From sequence record DQ006821.1: DNA of 624 nt, one strand, 5' to 3'. This DNA is from a phage. The translations under genes were made by a program, and so were the position numbers. Positions 1-624 of this stretch are shown piece after piece. The stretch's first letter is position 1. Each line of letters begins with the position of its first letter. Under the pieces are notes generated by a model that did no database searches, was not told the origin of the DNA, and worked only from the letters and a program-made list of their open reading frames with translations.

Positions 1-20
1 TACTGAGTATGAGAGGACAT
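1..20 (+). other. 3' portion of the phage 5' untranslated leader (partial; the 5' terminus of the genome lies outside the window)
   Basis: Sequence immediately upstream of the A2 start codon; closely resembles the Qbeta leader as I recall it (...CACUGAGUAUAAGAGGACAUAUG...), with at least one difference (G at nt 10 where I recall A). The window appears to begin about 40 nt into the genome, but that offset is from memory, not computed. Confidence 0.75.
12..17 (+). promoter_or_regulatory. Shine-Dalgarno / ribosome-binding site for the maturation (A2) gene
   Basis: Purine-rich AGAGGA at 12-17 (GAGG core 13-16) followed by a 3-4 nt spacer (CAT) and ATG at 21. The spacing is short but matches the arrangement I recall for the Qbeta A2 initiation site. 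Confidence 0.7.
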
Positions 21-624
21 ATGCCTAAATTACCACGTGGTCTGCGTTTCGGAGCCGATAATGAAATTCTTAATGACTTTCAAGAGCTCTGGTTTCCAGA
101 TCTCTTTATCGAATCTTCCGACACGCATCCGTGGTACACACTGAAAGGTCGTGTGTTGGACGCCCATCTTGATGACCGCCTACCTAATGTAGGTGGTCGT
201 CAGATCAGGCGTACTCCACATCGTGCTACTGTTCCGATTGCCTCTTCAGGCCTTCGTCCGGTAACAACCGTTCAGTATGATCCCACAGCACTGTCGTTCT
301 TATTGAACGCTCGTGTTGATTGGGATTTCGGTAATGGCGACAGCGCGAACCTTGTCATTAATGACTTTTTGTTTCGCACTTTCGCACCTAAGGAGTTCGA
401 TTTCTCGAATTCCTTAGTTCCTCGTTATACTCAGGCCTTCTCCGCTTTTAATGCCAAGTATGGCACTATGATCGGTGAAGGGCTCGAGACTATAAAATAT
501 CTCGGGCTATTACTGCGCAGACTGCGTGAGGGTTACCGCGCTGTTAAGCGTGGCGATTTACGTGCTCTTCGCAGGGTTATCCAATCCTACCATAAAGGTA
601 AGTGGAAACCGGCTACTGCTGGTA
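21..624 (+). CDS. A2: Maturation protein A2 (pilus-binding attachment protein that is also the lysis protein, a MurA inhibitor) of a Qbeta-like ssRNA phage; N-terminal 201 codons only, 3'-partial
   Basis: ATG at 21-23 with an upstream SD; the frame is open with no stop to the end of the window (last complete codon 621-623). Hand translation begins MPKLPRGLRFGADNEILNDFQELWFPDLF..., which matches the N-terminus of Qbeta A2 as I recall it, with a few apparent substitutions. The other two + frames are broken by frequent stops (frame 1: stops at 4, 10, 142, 190, 262, 304, 415, 469, 493; frame 2: stops at 26 and 59, not scanned further). Full-length Qbeta A2 is about 420 aa, so roughly the first half is present. 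Confidence 0.94.
   Translation, partial: MPKLPRGLRFGADNEILNDFQELWFPDLFIESSDTHPWYTLKGRVLDAHLDDRLPNVGGRQIRRTPHRATVPIASSGLRPVTTVQYDPTALSFLLNARVDWDFGNGDSANLVINDFLFRTFAPKEFDFSNSLVPRYTQAFSAFNAKYGTMIGEGLETIKYLGLLLRRLREGYRAVKRGDLRALRRVIQSYHKGKWKPATAG
388..417 (+). other. Predicted RNA stem-loop inside the A2 coding region: 13-bp stem (12 Watson-Crick + 1 G-U) with UUUC tetraloop
   Basis: Direct base-by-base pairing of 388-400 (CUAAGGAGUUCGA) with 405-417 (UCGAAUUCCUUAG): C388-G417, U389-A416, A390-U415, A391-U414, G392-C413, G393-C412, A394-U411, G395-U410 (wobble), U396-A409, U397-A408, C398-G407, G399-C406, A400-U405; loop 401-404 UUUC. No folding program was run; the stability is inferred from stem length and composition. 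Confidence 0.55.

Noticed and set aside
34-41. DNA palindrome CCACGTGG, plus scattered restriction-type palindromes (GAGCTC 84-89, AGATCT 98-103, GAATTC 407-412, CTCGAG 483-488)
   Set aside because: Six- to eight-bp palindromes are expected by chance at this length and are not regulatory sites. For an RNA genome, DNA restriction or operator palindromes are not meaningful, and a loopless palindrome cannot form a hairpin. GAATTC is part of the 388-417 stem.
61-144. Small ORF in the +1 frame relative to A2 (ATG at 61, stop TGA at 142-144, 27 codons, MKFLMTFKSSGFQISLSNLPTRIRGTH) preceded by GGAG at 51-54 with a 6-nt spacer
   Set aside because: It is very short and fully nested in the A2 ORF. The peptide has no hydrophobic transmembrane-like segment such as an overlapping lysis peptide would need, and Qbeta is known to lyse via A2 itself with no separate L gene. 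The SD-like GGAG is simply the Gly-Ala codons of A2. Evidence of translation would be required before calling it.
136-156. Short stem-loop ACACAC (136-141) / GUGUGU (151-156) with a 9-nt loop
   Set aside because: A 6-bp stem with a large loop is marginal on its own. ssRNA phage genomes are structured throughout, so it may be real, but I cannot distinguish it from chance without folding and covariation analysis.
177-199. Imperfect stem-loop: 6 bp (180-185 with 191-196, including one G-U) around a 5-nt loop AAUGU, plus 2 further pairs after a mismatch
   Set aside because: It is interrupted and short, and by my recollection the pairing is weaker in canonical Qbeta, so it does not appear conserved. 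Not reported as a feature.
30-248. Possible minus-strand coding (antisense open stretch of about 70 codons between antisense stops at 30-32 and 246-248)
   Set aside because: It is below a meaningful length threshold, occurs in the antisense frame that is commonly open opposite a real CDS, and no minus-strand genes are known in Fiersviridae. I scanned the minus strand only partially (to about nt 250).
596-603. AGGTAAGT, a perfect match to the eukaryotic 5' splice-donor consensus
   Set aside because: The context is a bacteriophage protein-coding region with an uninterrupted ORF across it (codons K-G-K-W). A match of this length occurs by chance and there is no splicing in this system.
1-624. 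A novel defence, toxin or otherwise undescribed system, as suggested by the prompt
   Set aside because: The whole window is accounted for by a single, well-characterised phage gene and its leader. There are no extra ORFs, repeats, or RNA genes to support such a claim.

Overview
This window reads as the cDNA sense strand of the 5' region of a Qbeta-like (+)ssRNA coliphage (Qubevirus, family Fiersviridae, formerly Leviviridae/Allolevivirus). It holds the last 20 nt of the 5' UTR, a Shine-Dalgarno element, and the first 201 codons of the maturation/lysis protein A2, whose ORF runs off the 3' end of the window. I translated the ORF by hand: frame beginning at nt 21, no stop through nt 623, giving MPKLPRGLRFGADNEILNDFQELWFPDLFIESSDTHPWYTLKGRVLDAHLDDRLPNVGGRQIRRTPHRATVPIASSGLRPVTTVQYDPTALSFLLNARVDWDFGNGDSANLVINDFLFRTFAPKEFDFSNSLVPRYTQAFSAFNAKYGTMIGEGLETIKYLGLLLRRLREGYRAVKRGDLRALRRVIQSYHKGKWKPATAG. 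This matches my recollection of Qbeta A2 closely but not exactly, so it looks like a Qbeta-group variant; I cannot run an alignment. I see no evidence of a novel biological system: this is a well-characterised phage gene. The most notable thing not explained by coding alone is a perfect 13-bp stem with a UUUC tetraloop at nt 388-417. No tRNA, rRNA, CRISPR, mobile element or additional credible CDS was found.
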